A DNA stretch of 64,000 nt from an uncultured delta proteobacterium (GTDB lineage Bacteria > Desulfobacterota > Binatia > UBA9968). Within the stretch, counting starts at the first letter, position 1. Each line of letters opens with the position of its first letter. The notes beneath the pieces were generated by a model. It was given only the letters and a program-made list of their open reading frames with translations, was not told where the DNA came from and did not search any database. The stretch lies in NCBI GenBank assembly GCA_963804165.1, contig CAWDPO010000034.1:1-64000 (forward strand), in the 5' to 3' direction. Shown here piece after piece: positions 41,161-51,691 of this stretch. Position numbers and translations under genes: made by a program.

Positions 41161-41424
41161 GGGACGGGCAGGACCGCATTCGAATAGTTCGGAAAATCGT
41201 TGTGGACCTAGATGGGGAGACAATTAATGAAGAGCGCGCTGTCAGTTCTCCGGATGGCTGTAAGGTTGAAGCTTAGCGGGATGAGTTTAGGGCTGACCGT
41301 TGTTTTGCTGACTACTGCGCTGGCTGGATGTTCCTCGGTGATCAGCAACAGCGAAGGTTTCTATAAGGACATTCCTCGCCGCCCGATAAATTGGCGGGAG
41401 TATATGACAGATTGAGCACGCGGC

Positions 41425-41781
41425 TCACGCCGCGCGGCGGTTCGGTCTCTTGGTGTACTTCTTGGGACCGCCGTTGCGGGCCGCATCCCTCCAGCGTATG
41501 AATCCTTGGCGCATATAGCTGGGGTCTAGTTGCAGGTGCTCACAAATGCTCTCAAAGGAGAAAAACGAAGGATCATCGGCATTCAAAATCCACGCTTCGG
41601 CTTCATCGAACAATTCTTTGCCGCGCTTATCGTTTGCCAGGACGTGCTTCTGAAAGTCTTCGGTGGCGTTTTCAAGGACTGCCAGCATGAGCCTTTTCTC
41701 ACCGTCGCGGATGATCTCTTTAGATAGGTTCTCTAGAACGCCGACGTCTGTAGGTTCGATGAAAGCTAATGCTGTGTTCAT
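41425..41781 (-). CDS. Conserved hypothetical protein
   Basis: GEKRLMLAVLE...EAEAW...FSFESICEHL.LDP pattern; upstream sigma-54 motif. Confidence 0.7.
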   Translation of the reverse strand: MNTALAFIEPTDVGVLENLSKEIIRDGEKRLMLAVLENATEDFQKHVLANDKRGKELFDEAEAWILNADDPSFFSFESICEHLQLDPSYMRQGFIRWRDAARNGGPKKYTKRPNRRAA

Positions 41782-41850
41782 ATGAGGTGTCCCCTAAATT
41801 CTCGTGATTTTGTGGCCGCAGTTTTAGCGATGCGCTGGCGGATCGGAAAC

Positions 41851-41865
41851 GCAAAGCGCAAGCCA
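41851..41865 (-). promoter_or_regulatory. Sigma-54 promoter
   Basis: TGGCTTG-CGCT-TTGC on the minus strand. Confidence 0.6.
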
Positions 41866-42258
41866 GCGGAGACCAGACGAAAGGACGGGAGTCTTGGGAA
41901 CTAGCACGGAAGGGTCATGTCAATTGAAGAGGGTATGGATGCCCGGTGATCAAATGGTGTTGGTCCGCCGGGGCAGAGATGCTAGCGCTGACGACATGAC
42001 TCCGGAGTCGCTAGCGGAGTTCGCCATCGAGAGCGTGTCCAAAAGTCCGGCGCGCAACGCAGCAGATATCTGGCGCACAACATCGAAGAGGGGATCGTCA
42101 CCCCGCTCGCGTATGTCTACCGCGACGCCATTTTGCGCAGGGCCGGAGCGACTAGTTGGACGGAAGCCGAGCAAATCGTTTTCCGCTCAGTATCGGAACA
42201 ATAGCAGGGAGAGAATTATTGGAAATATTCCTGGGACCTGTCTATAATCCAGACCACT

Positions 42259-42477
42259 ATGGCTAATCTGTACTACAACGAGCGGCTGATCATCGCTTTC
42301 ACATCGCTAAACCAAAGCGACAAGCAATGGAGCGCGGGGGCGGAGATCACGTGGAAAAGTGAGGGCGGCCGCTGCTCGCATAGCATTGCTGGCTTGGCTG
42401 ACCGATTCAAAACAAGCGAGGACGCGGAGAAGTTCGTCATTCATCTCGCCAAGGCGTGGATCGATGCGAATCCGTGA
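42259..42477 (+). CDS. Hypothetical protein
   Basis: 72-aa ORF ending FKTSEDAE...AKAWID. Confidence 0.55.
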   Translation: MANLYYNERLIIAFTSLNQSDKQWSAGAEITWKSEGGRCSHSIAGLADRFKTSEDAEKFVIHLAKAWIDANP

Positions 42478-42709
42478 GGGTTGAGGCAAGAGGCTTGAGG
42501 AATAAAGAGCAAAGATTGTCCTATCCCTATGTTAAAAATTTGTCGGCCAGACTTATTTGTCTGCCCGTGCCAGTTACCTGCATTGGAGGAATTCGCCCAA
42601 GCAGGCATAATTGGAAGCTATTGTAACGCATTCAATCCGGTTGTTGATGAAGTTGGGGAGTGGGATTTGATTTCGATATTTGCCGCATGTTCACAGAAGG
42701 TCTTTGCCC

Positions 42710-44056
42710 ATGAGCTATAACGCCTGGTTTCAGTGCATAAACGGTTGCCCCGGCCAGTACAGTCTTCTCGAGATCATTTATCGCTGCCCGACGTGTGGCG
42801 ATTTGCTCGAAGTGCGCCATGACATGGACGCTCTGAAAACCAGGGCGGCGGGGGCGTGGATTAAACTGTTCGACGACCGTGTCGGCCAGAACGTTTATCC
42901 CTACGGTTCCGGTGTATGGGCGAAAAAAGAATGGGTTCTGCCGTTTCTTGACAACGAGAACGTGGTTTCGACCTGCGAAGGCCACACCAATCTCTTTTGG
43001 GCGAATCGCTACGGCAAGCAGCTCCACGTTGAAGATCTCTGGGTCAAGCAATGCGGTAACTCGCACACCGGTTCTTTTAAAGACCTCGGCATGACCGTGT
43101 TGGTTTCTGTGGTGAATCAGATGATCGCCAACGGCGAACCGATCGACGCGGTGGCGTGCGCATCGACGGGCGATACATCCGCCGCGCTAGCCGCCTATGG
43201 CGCGGCGGCGGGAATTCCGACCGTCGTATTTTTGCCGCGCGACAAAGTTTCGCCCGCGCAATTGGTCCAACCGCTCGCCAACGGCGCGCTGGTACTATCG
43301 CTCGACACCGATTTCGACGGTTGTATGGCCGCCGTCCAGGAAGTGACCAAGCACAAGCATATTTACCTCGCCAATTCGATGAACAGTCTGCGTATCGAAG
43401 GCCAAAAGACGATCTCTATCGAGATCGTCCAGCAATTCGATTGGGAGGTGCCGGATTGGGTAATCTTGCCGGGCGGCAACCTCGGCAACGTCAGCGCCTT
43501 CGGCAAAGGCTTCTTGATGATGTACGATCTCGGCTTGATTTCGAAACTGCCGCGCATCTGCGTTGCGCAAGCCGAAAACGCCAATCCGCTTTATCTTTCT
43601 TATCTGACAAATTTCGAGCACTTCGAAGCCGTGACGGCGCGCAAGACTCTGGCGAGCGCGATTCAGATCGGCAATCCGGTGAGTATCCGCAAAGCGATTG
43701 CGACGTTGCAGCGCTTCAACGGCGTCGTCGAGCAAGCCTCGGAGTCGGAGCTGGCCGAGGAAGTCGCGCGCGCCGACCGCACCGGCATGTTCAATTGCCC
43801 GCATACCGGCGTGGCGTTGGCAGCGCTCAGAAAGCTCGTCGAGAAAAAAGTGATTCGCGGACACGAGCGAGTCGTAGTCATCTCGACGGCCAATGGCCTG
43901 AAATTCGCCGATCAAAAGATCGCCTATCATTCCGGCGCGCTCCCCGGTATCCAAGGAACGTTACCAAACCGGCCCGTTGAAGTTATCGCCGACCCCAAGC
44001 ATATCAGCGACGCGATTGCGCGTTACGTCGAGCGCGTGCGCTTGTTAGACGGCTGA
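42710..44056 (+). CDS. thrC: Threonine synthase (plant-like)
   Basis: [38 protein letters not shown] and PGGNLGN motifs. Confidence 0.95.
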   Translation: MSYNAWFQCINGCPGQYSLLEIIYRCPTCGDLLEVRHDMDALKTRAAGAWIKLFDDRVGQNVYPYGSGVWAKKEWVLPFLDNENVVSTCEGHTNLFWANRYGKQLHVEDLWVKQCGNSHTGSFKDLGMTVLVSVVNQMIANGEPIDAVACASTGDTSAALAAYGAAAGIPTVVFLPRDKVSPAQLVQPLANGALVLSLDTDFDGCMAAVQEVTKHKHIYLANSMNSLRIEGQKTISIEIVQQFDWEVPDWVILPGGNLGNVSAFGKGFLMMYDLGLISKLPRICVAQAENANPLYLSYLTNFEHFEAVTARKTLASAIQIGNPVSIRKAIATLQRFNGVVEQASESELAEEVARADRTGMFNCPHTGVALAALRKLVEKKVIRGHERVVVISTANGLKFADQKIAYHSGALPGIQGTLPNRPVEVIADPKHISDAIARYVERVRLLDG

Positions 44057-45312
44057 TGAGCGACCGACAGAGCAAGAGCGCCGGCGCGACATCAGAGCGC
44101 GCGGCAGATGCAGCTAAACGCTTATCCGGTCCTGACGGCAAAGCCTTTGGCTTCAGCACTCTGGCAGTGCACGGCGGCGAGCCACGCCCTAAGCTCGGCA
44201 ACTCTCTCGCCACACCGATCGTTCAAACGGCAACTTACACCTTTGCCGATACCCAGGAACTGCACGACCACTTTCAGCGCCGCATCGAGCGCGATGAGTA
44301 TGGGCGTTATGGCAATCCGACCCAGCGCATCGCGGAGCAGAAGCTCGCGGCGCTCGAAGGCGCCGAAGACTGTTTGCTCTTTTCCAGCGGCATGGCGGCG
44401 GTCACCACCGCGATGTATGCGGTACTTTCGCACAACGCCCACGTGGTCGTGACCGACGACTCGTACCGGCGCACGCGCCAGTTCTTGACGCAAACTTTGC
44501 ATCGATTTGGTATCGAAGTTTCGGTAGTGCCCGCCGGCGACTACCAGGCGATCGCGGAGGCGATCCGGCCGACGACGCGTCTGTTGGTCAGCGAGTCGCC
44601 GACCAATCCTTACAACCGCATCGTCGACATGGAGCGTTTCGCCGGCATCGGCCGGCGCCATCGGGTGAAGACTCTCATCGATGCGACTTTCGCAACACCC
44701 TACAACCAGCGTCCGCTGGAGTTCGGCATCGATCTCGTGCTCCACTCCGCGACGAAATATCTGGGCGGACACAACGATTTGCTCGCGGGCGCGGTGTTGG
44801 GCTGTGCCGAGCTCGTCGATGGGATTCGCTCCCTGCAGCATGTGACCGGCGCGATCATCGATCCGCTGGCCGCTTATCTTTTGGTGCGCGGATTAAAAAC
44901 TTTCGCGCTGCGTATCCAACGGCAGAATGCCAACGCGCAAGGGCTGGCGGAGTTTTTGGCATCCCATCCGAAAGTCACGGCAGTCCATTACGCCGGCCTG
45001 CCGAGCCATCCACAGCATGAAGTGGCGTGCCGTCAAATGCGCGGTTTCGGCGGCGTGGTGTCATTCGAAATCGCAGGCAACCTGGAGGCGACCTCGCGCG
45101 TCGTCGATGCCTGTCGCATCCCGCAGATCGCGCCCTCGCTTGGCGGGGTCGAAAGCCTGATTGAACAACCGGCGCTGATGAGCTTCTATGAGCTAACTAC
45201 CGAAGAACGCTTGATGGTCGGGATCAAAGACAATCTCATCCGCTATTCTGTCGGCATCGAAGACGCCGACGATCTCATTGCTGATCTCGCCGCGGCGCTG
45301 GAGCGGGCATAG
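44056..45312 (+). CDS. metB: Cystathionine gamma-synthase (plant-like)
   Basis: YGRYGNPT, ESPTNP, HSATKYLGGHND and IAPSLGG motifs; TGATG overlap with thrC. Confidence 0.88.
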   Translation: MSDRQSKSAGATSERAADAAKRLSGPDGKAFGFSTLAVHGGEPRPKLGNSLATPIVQTATYTFADTQELHDHFQRRIERDEYGRYGNPTQRIAEQKLAALEGAEDCLLFSSGMAAVTTAMYAVLSHNAHVVVTDDSYRRTRQFLTQTLHRFGIEVSVVPAGDYQAIAEAIRPTTRLLVSESPTNPYNRIVDMERFAGIGRRHRVKTLIDATFATPYNQRPLEFGIDLVLHSATKYLGGHNDLLAGAVLGCAELVDGIRSLQHVTGAIIDPLAAYLLVRGLKTFALRIQRQNANAQGLAEFLASHPKVTAVHYAGLPSHPQHEVACRQMRGFGGVVSFEIAGNLEATSRVVDACRIPQIAPSLGGVESLIEQPALMSFYELTTEERLMVGIKDNLIRYSVGIEDADDLIADLAAALERA

Positions 45313-45499
45313 TATCGCAGGTAGGCGGTTTGATTATTCTGATCAATTCTCCTTGCCCGCTTTGCGGAGAGGGTTAGGGTGATTCGTCGCGGTTCTCATC
45401 ATCTCAGTCCGCTCCGAGGAGGAGCGAACCGGTGCAGTTAGATGCGTGCTTCGGTACTTGCGATTTTCTTGATCTTTGTTGTGATCCGCCAAATTTGAT

Positions 45500-46090
45500 C
45501 TAGCCGGTGATCTCGAACGGAATATTTGTCGGACCATCGATCCGACGCACGGCGTTGTTCTCTATGCTGTAACTACCTTGCAGCACTTTGCCTGAGACGC
45601 GTTCGGAACGGAGAATTACGGCGACCGATCTCGTCGGTCCGCCTTGTTCGGCGTGAGCGTCGAAAGGGGGGACCAAATCGACGTTGCCAGGTTTCCCTTG
45701 CGTGACACTCTCCAACTCTAGCTTCGCGTAACCTTCTTTTGACCCGTCGTCGAGACGACGATAGCGCTCGAGACTTTCCGTCCCGTCGAGTAGTCCATAG
45801 GCCGTCCATGAGTGGGCGTGGTCATGGATGCTACCCTTGCGCCCGGGCACACGCACGACGCCGTTGATTGCAAAGCCATAGTCGGGGTCTTCGTAGAAAA
45901 GCAGATTCTTTCGGCCTTCGGTGGACGGCCAATTCTTCGACGCTTCACGCAACGCCGAATCTTTGACCAGTTCTTCGAGCAGCTTTTGGCCTTTCTTCAT
46001 TCGTGCTTCCATTTCCGGCAGTTCTGACCAGGTGGAGCGCAGATCTTGGATAAACCTTTCGAAGGCGGGGAGTCGGGTGGTGTCTGACAT
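45500..46090 (-). CDS. Cysteine dioxygenase-like cupin
   Basis: IHDHAHSW..YG motif and distal His (DAHAE). Confidence 0.7.
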   Translation of the reverse strand: MSDTTRLPAFERFIQDLRSTWSELPEMEARMKKGQKLLEELVKDSALREASKNWPSTEGRKNLLFYEDPDYGFAINGVVRVPGRKGSIHDHAHSWTAYGLLDGTESLERYRRLDDGSKEGYAKLELESVTQGKPGNVDLVPPFDAHAEQGGPTRSVAVILRSERVSGKVLQGSYSIENNAVRRIDGPTNIPFEITG

Positions 46091-46112
46091 CGATCCCTCC
46101 GTTAAATTTTTC

Positions 46113-47057
46113 TTATTTAAGCATCTCACGACCGATTTCTTCAAGCAATCTGAAGTCGACAACTTTGCTTAGCGAAATTTCGCCTGCGCCCTTATCCATG
46201 TTTTGCATTTGTTGCATGTGAAACTTGATCCCCGCCTCACTCGCCGTGCCGTCGCGGCTGAACGACTTGGCCAGTGACGCATAGGATTCGCGCGCCACGG
46301 CGTTATCAACTTTCCATTCGCGCTCGATGATTTGTATCGAATCGTCGGGCCGTTCTCTGGCGAAGGTGAGGCCTCGGTAGAGCGCGCGCAGCATCCGTTT
46401 GGTCAAGTCCCGCTTGTCGGTCAATTGACGGTCGGTGGTGGCGAAGCCGTTGCTCGGGAATTCCACTGCGTCGCCCAAGAACAGTAATTCGCGAAAACCT
46501 TTTTGGCGCAGCAGGACATTATCCGGCGGTACGGCGATGGTGGCGTCGATGGAGCCCGCGGCCAGGGCGGCCACTCGGGTCGCCGGCAGACCGATCATGA
46601 TTGGGATCGCGTCTTTTTGTGGATCGAGACCGTCGCGGTTGAGCGCGATGCGGGTGGCGAGCTCAACCGTGTCGCCGAAGCGAACCATGCCGATATATTT
46701 ACCGCGCAGATCTGAGACCGATTTCACCTGGGGTTTGGCCATCAAAAAATAATTGGGTCGCATGGCGCCGAAAAAGATCGCCTTGAGCGGCGCGCCCCGG
46801 GCGGCCAAGCGCAATGCCGAGTCGGCGGCGCCGTGATAATCGACCTCGCCGGACATCAGCGCGTTGTGCGCGAGCTGGGGCAACATCATCGGAATTTCGA
46901 TATCGATGGCTTCGGCTTTGAAGAAGCCGCGGTGCACGGCGATAAAAAGGGGAAGGTAGCCCATCGATTTGGCGGGCAGCGCTAACTTGACGCGGTCGGC
47001 TGCGATCGCTGCGGGGAGCGAGCCGGCGGCGAATATCAGAAGAATCAAAATGAGCAT
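46113..47057 (-). CDS. ABC transporter substrate-binding protein (NMT1/THI5-like)
   Basis: Signal peptide; RGFF..E, DLRGK.IG and RVAALAAGSIDA motifs. Confidence 0.85.
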   Translation of the reverse strand: MLILILLIFAAGSLPAAIAADRVKLALPAKSMGYLPLFIAVHRGFFKAEAIDIEIPMMLPQLAHNALMSGEVDYHGAADSALRLAARGAPLKAIFFGAMRPNYFLMAKPQVKSVSDLRGKYIGMVRFGDTVELATRIALNRDGLDPQKDAIPIMIGLPATRVAALAAGSIDATIAVPPDNVLLRQKGFRELLFLGDAVEFPSNGFATTDRQLTDKRDLTKRMLRALYRGLTFARERPDDSIQIIEREWKVDNAVARESYASLAKSFSRDGTASEAGIKFHMQQMQNMDKGAGEISLSKVVDFRLLEEIGREMLK

Positions 47058-47073
47058 CTTGACGATGCTGCCG

Positions 47074-47511
47074 TCAAGATTCAGCCCGGGCTCTGGCTTT
47101 CTTGTCGTCGGGCGCATTGATCTTGTCCAAATTGTTCTTGGCAAAATCGCCGTGGCCAACTTCTCTATCAGTCGCGCTAAATCTTGGATTACCGGCCGGT
47201 TCCGCGCGCGCGCCAAGCAGAATCATGTACTCGCTGCCGGTGTTGTCGAGCTGATAAAGTTGCCCCGCGGGTATCGTTACCAGCATGCCGGGATTGAGCT
47301 CGCGCGAGGGCGCGTCAGGAAAATGGAACGTGCATTGCCCTTGGACACAATAAAACTGTTGATCGGCGGTGTGCTTATGCATGGGGCCCTTGGTGCCCGG
47401 ATAATCGCCGTGTACCCAGGTGTGAAAGTGATCCGAGGTGAATAGAACTTTCTTGCTGTGGCCGATGTCGAGTTCCGGCTCTTTTAGAATGTCGATAAAT
47501 TCTGCCGCCAT
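47074..47511 (-). CDS. Cupin domain protein
   Basis: MHKH..DQQFYCVQG and IPAG motifs. Confidence 0.8.
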   Translation of the reverse strand: MAAEFIDILKEPELDIGHSKKVLFTSDHFHTWVHGDYPGTKGPMHKHTADQQFYCVQGQCTFHFPDAPSRELNPGMLVTIPAGQLYQLDNTGSEYMILLGARAEPAGNPRFSATDREVGHGDFAKNNLDKINAPDDKKARARAES

Positions 47512-47571
47512 ATTTTGTCCTCCTCGTGACATTTTAGATCCCTTTCAAATTATTTGTTCGTCGTGAGAGTG

Positions 47572-48150
47572 TCAGCGTTTGCTTTGGCGATATTTCTCCC
47601 AGGCTGAAATGCCGGCTTTGACCGCGCGCACGTCGCCGTCGCCGCGGTGGCCGGCACTGCCAACCGCGCCAACGATAACATTGTCGACGATCAGCGGGAA
47701 GCCCCCGGGTATGAGAATGATCTGGCCTTCCATCAAGCTCAGCGCGCTATGAAAGCGCTGGGGGTTGGTTTTTAATTGATCGGCGGATTCAGCGGTGCTC
47801 TGTTGCAGCGTCGCTGCGCCCGTTGCTTTACCGATGGCAAACTTCACCCAAAATCCGGAGGTGCCATCCATCGAGTCGAGCGATACCAAGTTGCCGTTGA
47901 AGTCAACGACGGCGATGGCGGCGCGGCCGTTGTCAGCTTTGACGACGTCTTTGGCCGCTTCGATGATGATCCGCGCTTCTTCCAACGTTAAAGCTGTCGG
48001 TACGCGAATCAGCGGACGCGATGCGCGATCAGCGGGGGCCGGCTTGTCTTGCGCGATGGCAACGCCATCGTGGTCGCCACTGGTGGTAAGTAGTCGGACA
48101 ACGATCAATATCGCGATGACGCTTGGGAGCGCAGGTATTGGGTGTCGCAT
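47572..48150 (-). CDS. GlcG/HbpS heme-binding protein
   Basis: IAVVD..GNL, AIGKA and GGFPL..VGAVG motifs. Confidence 0.85.
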   Translation of the reverse strand: MRHPIPALPSVIAILIVVRLLTTSGDHDGVAIAQDKPAPADRASRPLIRVPTALTLEEARIIIEAAKDVVKADNGRAAIAVVDFNGNLVSLDSMDGTSGFWVKFAIGKATGAATLQQSTAESADQLKTNPQRFHSALSLMEGQIILIPGGFPLIVDNVIVGAVGSAGHRGDGDVRAVKAGISAWEKYRQSKR

Positions 48151-48200
48151 ACGTCTATTCCTTTCTTGACCCGGTTCGACTCGATACTACGACGATCGCC

Positions 48201-49748
48201 TTAGCGCGCTCCGCCTTGGGCCGCCGCACGCACAGCCTGGATCGGCGCGCTGTCACCGTGAATGCCGACGATGGTGGCGACATCGATGCCCAATTTGTCC
48301 AGGCCGGCGACGAACTCCTTGACCAGCGGCGCCGGACGGACTTGGCCGCCACGCGGGCTGATATGGTCCGCCTCGATGACTATCTTGTCCGTCGGCAGGT
48401 AGACCACGACAATATCCTCGGCGTGGGAGGTCGGCATTGGATGAACTTCAACCCGGCGGCTGCCGTCGGTCAAAACCCGCGCTGCGCCGCCGAACGCCTC
48501 GATCACGACGGCTCGTCTGTTTCGTTCCAGACTGTCCGGCTGTCGCGTGTGGGGGGCCTTGGCCACACGTGTATAAAAATCCTTGGCAGTAAAAGGCACA
48601 ACCATGATCGCACCCTCGGCCATGAGCGCGCGAATGCCGCCGGAGTGGTCGAGATGGTGGTGAGTCGGAATTGCGTAGCGAAGCGGTTTTCCAGGAAAAC
48701 GCTCTACGATCGATTTCACCACCGGCGCGGTGCGCGCCTCGTAGAGCGGTCCTTCGACGGCGACAAGATGATCGCGCATCTCGATCACGATGGTGGCGTG
48801 CGATCCGCCGGCCACTTTATGCACGCCGTCGGCGAGCTTGATCCATTCGATGTTCGGCGCCCGGCCGAAGTCCTGGTAGCTCACATTCCCCGCGATGCGA
48901 CGCAGGATCCATTGTGACGCGATCGCCATGGCGTCCGGTTTTTGGTTGCGAATCGACTCGGGAATTGAAAACCCGTCAGGGGCAGGCGCCGCGTTGTGGC
49001 GAATTGATTTTATCTGTTCTTCCTGGAGCGGCCGGCCGTTGATCTGATAGCGCAAGCTGAACGGCATCATGACGGCGCCCACTCTGCGCCAATCGCCGTA
49101 GCGCAACAAGTAGCTGGTGTCGCCTTCGAGAGGATCGCCGTCAAGGATGTCGGTTTGCGTCGGCAGCGAGGTTTTGGCGTCCAGGTAGATGCGGAACTCG
49201 TCGGCGCCGTCTTTGTAAGAAAGCACGCGATTCTTTATGCCGTCGACATCGAGATCCGGCAATCGCCGCAGCGACTTGTGCGCCGCCGCGGCTAAAATCA
49301 GTTTGGCGGCGGAGCGCTTTTCGTCGCGCATGCGCGTTGCGAGCCGGCCAGGATGTAGGCGGCTTTGCTTGGCCTCAGAACCGGATCCTTCTTGGAGCAG
49401 ACCGGCCGTGCCGTCTATGACCTCAACGAAGCGAATGTCTTCGTTGCGAGTCAGGTGGCGGGCTTCCCATTCGAATTTTATGCGCGGCTGCAACAAGTCG
49501 CGCGTCAAAGTGTAGCGAAAAGATGAAATTTGCCGGCCCGGCTTGAACTGCAAGGGAAGCACCGCATCGAACTGCTTGCCTTCGGCTTCGACGATCTCAC
49601 TTTTCAGAGCGCGCAAGTTGGCCATACCTCCCAGCGCCGTCGCGGCGTCATGGATCAGCGTTTGCGCCGATTGGGCGCGGGCGAAACTTTGCGGGGAAAA
49701 TGCGACCCCAAGGATGAATGCGAGAACGTAACGGTTGATCGTGCTCAT
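48201..49748 (-). CDS. Secreted MBL-fold metallo-hydrolase
   Basis: Signal peptide; THHHLDHSGG motif. Confidence 0.85.
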   Translation of the reverse strand: MSTINRYVLAFILGVAFSPQSFARAQSAQTLIHDAATALGGMANLRALKSEIVEAEGKQFDAVLPLQFKPGRQISSFRYTLTRDLLQPRIKFEWEARHLTRNEDIRFVEVIDGTAGLLQEGSGSEAKQSRLHPGRLATRMRDEKRSAAKLILAAAAHKSLRRLPDLDVDGIKNRVLSYKDGADEFRIYLDAKTSLPTQTDILDGDPLEGDTSYLLRYGDWRRVGAVMMPFSLRYQINGRPLQEEQIKSIRHNAAPAPDGFSIPESIRNQKPDAMAIASQWILRRIAGNVSYQDFGRAPNIEWIKLADGVHKVAGGSHATIVIEMRDHLVAVEGPLYEARTAPVVKSIVERFPGKPLRYAIPTHHHLDHSGGIRALMAEGAIMVVPFTAKDFYTRVAKAPHTRQPDSLERNRRAVVIEAFGGAARVLTDGSRRVEVHPMPTSHAEDIVVVYLPTDKIVIEADHISPRGGQVRPAPLVKEFVAGLDKLGIDVATIVGIHGDSAPIQAVRAAAQGGAR

Positions 49749-49839
49749 GGAAGACCTCCGTGGCGCGAAAATTTAAACTTCAGCCAGAAGGGAAATAGCC
49801 AAAAGGGCAGGGTAATGCAACTAAAAAACCGGACCAAGA

Positions 49840-50919
49840 TCAAGCGGCGCCGTAAGCGCCCGAGCGCCGTTCAAGCTCGGGAATGATTTCTTGACAGATG
49901 AGATCGATCGCTTCGTCCCAGTCGGGGCCGAGCGGCGAAGCGATATCGACAATATCGAAGCTGTGTGGTTTCGCCGCACGCAGCATTTCATCGATGCCGG
50001 CGATGCATTCGACCGGAGTGCCGGCGATGACCGTGCCGACCTCGGCGAGCAGATCATCGCTGATCAGCTCGACCATGTCGTCCACGGTTCTTCGCTGAGC
50101 ATGAGCGGCCAAGATCGCGTTGGCCGTGTTATCGGGGACGGGCAGCTTGAGCATGCGCTGCTTCAACAAATGACCCTGGATAAGCGCGCCGGCGCCCATG
50201 CGCTTGGCGCAGCGTTTTGCAGCGGCGCCGTCGCGCGAGACCGAAACGTGCAAGTGGAGCACCTTGGTAAAAAGACGTGTATCATCGCGCGCGCGGCGGG
50301 CGGCTGCGAGTTTCGCCATAGCCAGATCGAGGGCGCCTTCACGCACCAAGGCGGTCGGAAAGGAAAGATTGCTGACGATCAGTCCGTCGCCGACATCCCA
50401 CGCCAGTTCGAGCATTTTGGGACCGGCCGCGGCGACGTAAATCTCCGGTGGCTTCGACGGCGGGAGGCGAAGGAAGGCTTCGGCCTCGCTGTCCAGCCGA
50501 AAAAAGTCCGCGAGCGCAGGGAAGCCGGCAAACGTGGTGCGCCGCCCGGCGAACATTTCGCGCAGAAATAATATCATCTCGCGGGTCATGCCGACCCGGT
50601 TGCGTTTTCGAATCATATTGGACGACGGCGAACCCGCGCCGATGCCCACGGTGATGCCTCGTTCTCCCGCCAGATGCGACAGAGAGGTGAAGCTCGAAGC
50701 CAGATCGACGGGAGTGCGGCTAAACGGCTGGACTACGGATGTGCCGACGTGGGCACCGGTGCGGGCGATGATCGCCGCCAGGATGACAAAAACATTCTCG
50801 TAGGTTAGGTGATCGGGCACCCAAACTTTATCGAAGGCATATTGCGACATCGCTCTTGCGGCAAAGTCTGCCATCTGCGGCGCCATGCAGGGCGGATAAA
50901 GTTGAATGCCGAAACGCAT
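49840..50919 (-). CDS. LLM-class flavin/F420-dependent oxidoreductase
   Basis: MRFGI, WVPDH, GIGAG, IYVAAAGPKML and GTP motifs. Confidence 0.85.
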   Translation of the reverse strand: MRFGIQLYPPCMAPQMADFAARAMSQYAFDKVWVPDHLTYENVFVILAAIIARTGAHVGTSVVQPFSRTPVDLASSFTSLSHLAGERGITVGIGAGSPSSNMIRKRNRVGMTREMILFLREMFAGRRTTFAGFPALADFFRLDSEAEAFLRLPPSKPPEIYVAAAGPKMLELAWDVGDGLIVSNLSFPTALVREGALDLAMAKLAAARRARDDTRLFTKVLHLHVSVSRDGAAAKRCAKRMGAGALIQGHLLKQRMLKLPVPDNTANAILAAHAQRRTVDDMVELISDDLLAEVGTVIAGTPVECIAGIDEMLRAAKPHSFDIVDIASPLGPDWDEAIDLICQEIIPELERRSGAYGAA

Positions 50920-50953
50920 GAGGAATTCCTCGCCTTCGGATTGATAACCTCAA

Positions 50954-51454
50954 CTACGGCGCGCTCAGCGTCGTTTCGAATTTGCGTTTTTGATTGGACA
51001 ACGTTGGGAAACCGGCGCCCTGATCTATTTTCAAGACTTTATAGTCGGTGTCTGCCGTGCCTTCGAGCGTGACGCGGTAATTGACTTGTTCGTCGCCATT
51101 CTGTGCCCTGAGGAAAATATAGATCGCTTTTTCGCCTGCCATCGGTTCGTACTCTGTCGCGATAACTCTGCTCGGAGAGCCTCGCGTACTCATGGACTCG
51201 ATGGTTTGCTTGAACTTGTCGAAGGGAACATGGCGTTTACCGCTTTCGGACAGGAGCTGGTAAGCTTTCTGAAGGTCCTTGTCGATCAAAGCGGCCCGGG
51301 AGAATTCGACGGCGCGCTTGCCGGCTATGGTCTCGTCATGTTTTACCGACTCGGTGCAACCGGATACGGATACCAATAGCACGCACAGCAGCGCGCAACG
51401 CGATAGAGGACAATTGGAGCTTTTGAGTACTCGCTCTAGTGCCCGTCGCATCAT
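50954..51454 (-). CDS. Hypothetical lipoprotein
   Basis: Lipobox VSGC. Confidence 0.6.
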   Translation of the reverse strand: MMRRALERVLKSSNCPLSRCALLCVLLVSVSGCTESVKHDETIAGKRAVEFSRAALIDKDLQKAYQLLSESGKRHVPFDKFKQTIESMSTRGSPSRVIATEYEPMAGEKAIYIFLRAQNGDEQVNYRVTLEGTADTDYKVLKIDQGAGFPTLSNQKRKFETTLSAP

Positions 51455-51649
51455 GTCAAATGCCTCTTCAGCGCGCTCGGAGTAAGCGTCAAATTTGACC
51501 TAAAACTTCTTAACAAGATCATTACGTTTACACCAAGAACCGGATAATTCCTAGGTTTACCGAACAAGTCTGTACTTCACCGGACGTTGGTTTGCGCAGG
51601 CGGCACAGGCAAATTGATGCATTCGAGGGCAATTGTCCCATTAAGGTAA

Positions 51650-51664
51650 CGGCATATCACTTGC
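51650..51664 (+). promoter_or_regulatory. Sigma-54 promoter
   Basis: CGGCATA-TCAC-TTGC. Confidence 0.6.
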
Positions 51665-51691
51665 TATTTAAACCACCGCGAGAATCGAAAG

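Noticed and set aside
42500-42709. SAM riboswitch or Thr attenuator upstream of thrC-metB
   Set aside because: No recognisable conserved core or Thr/Ile-rich leader peptide was found.
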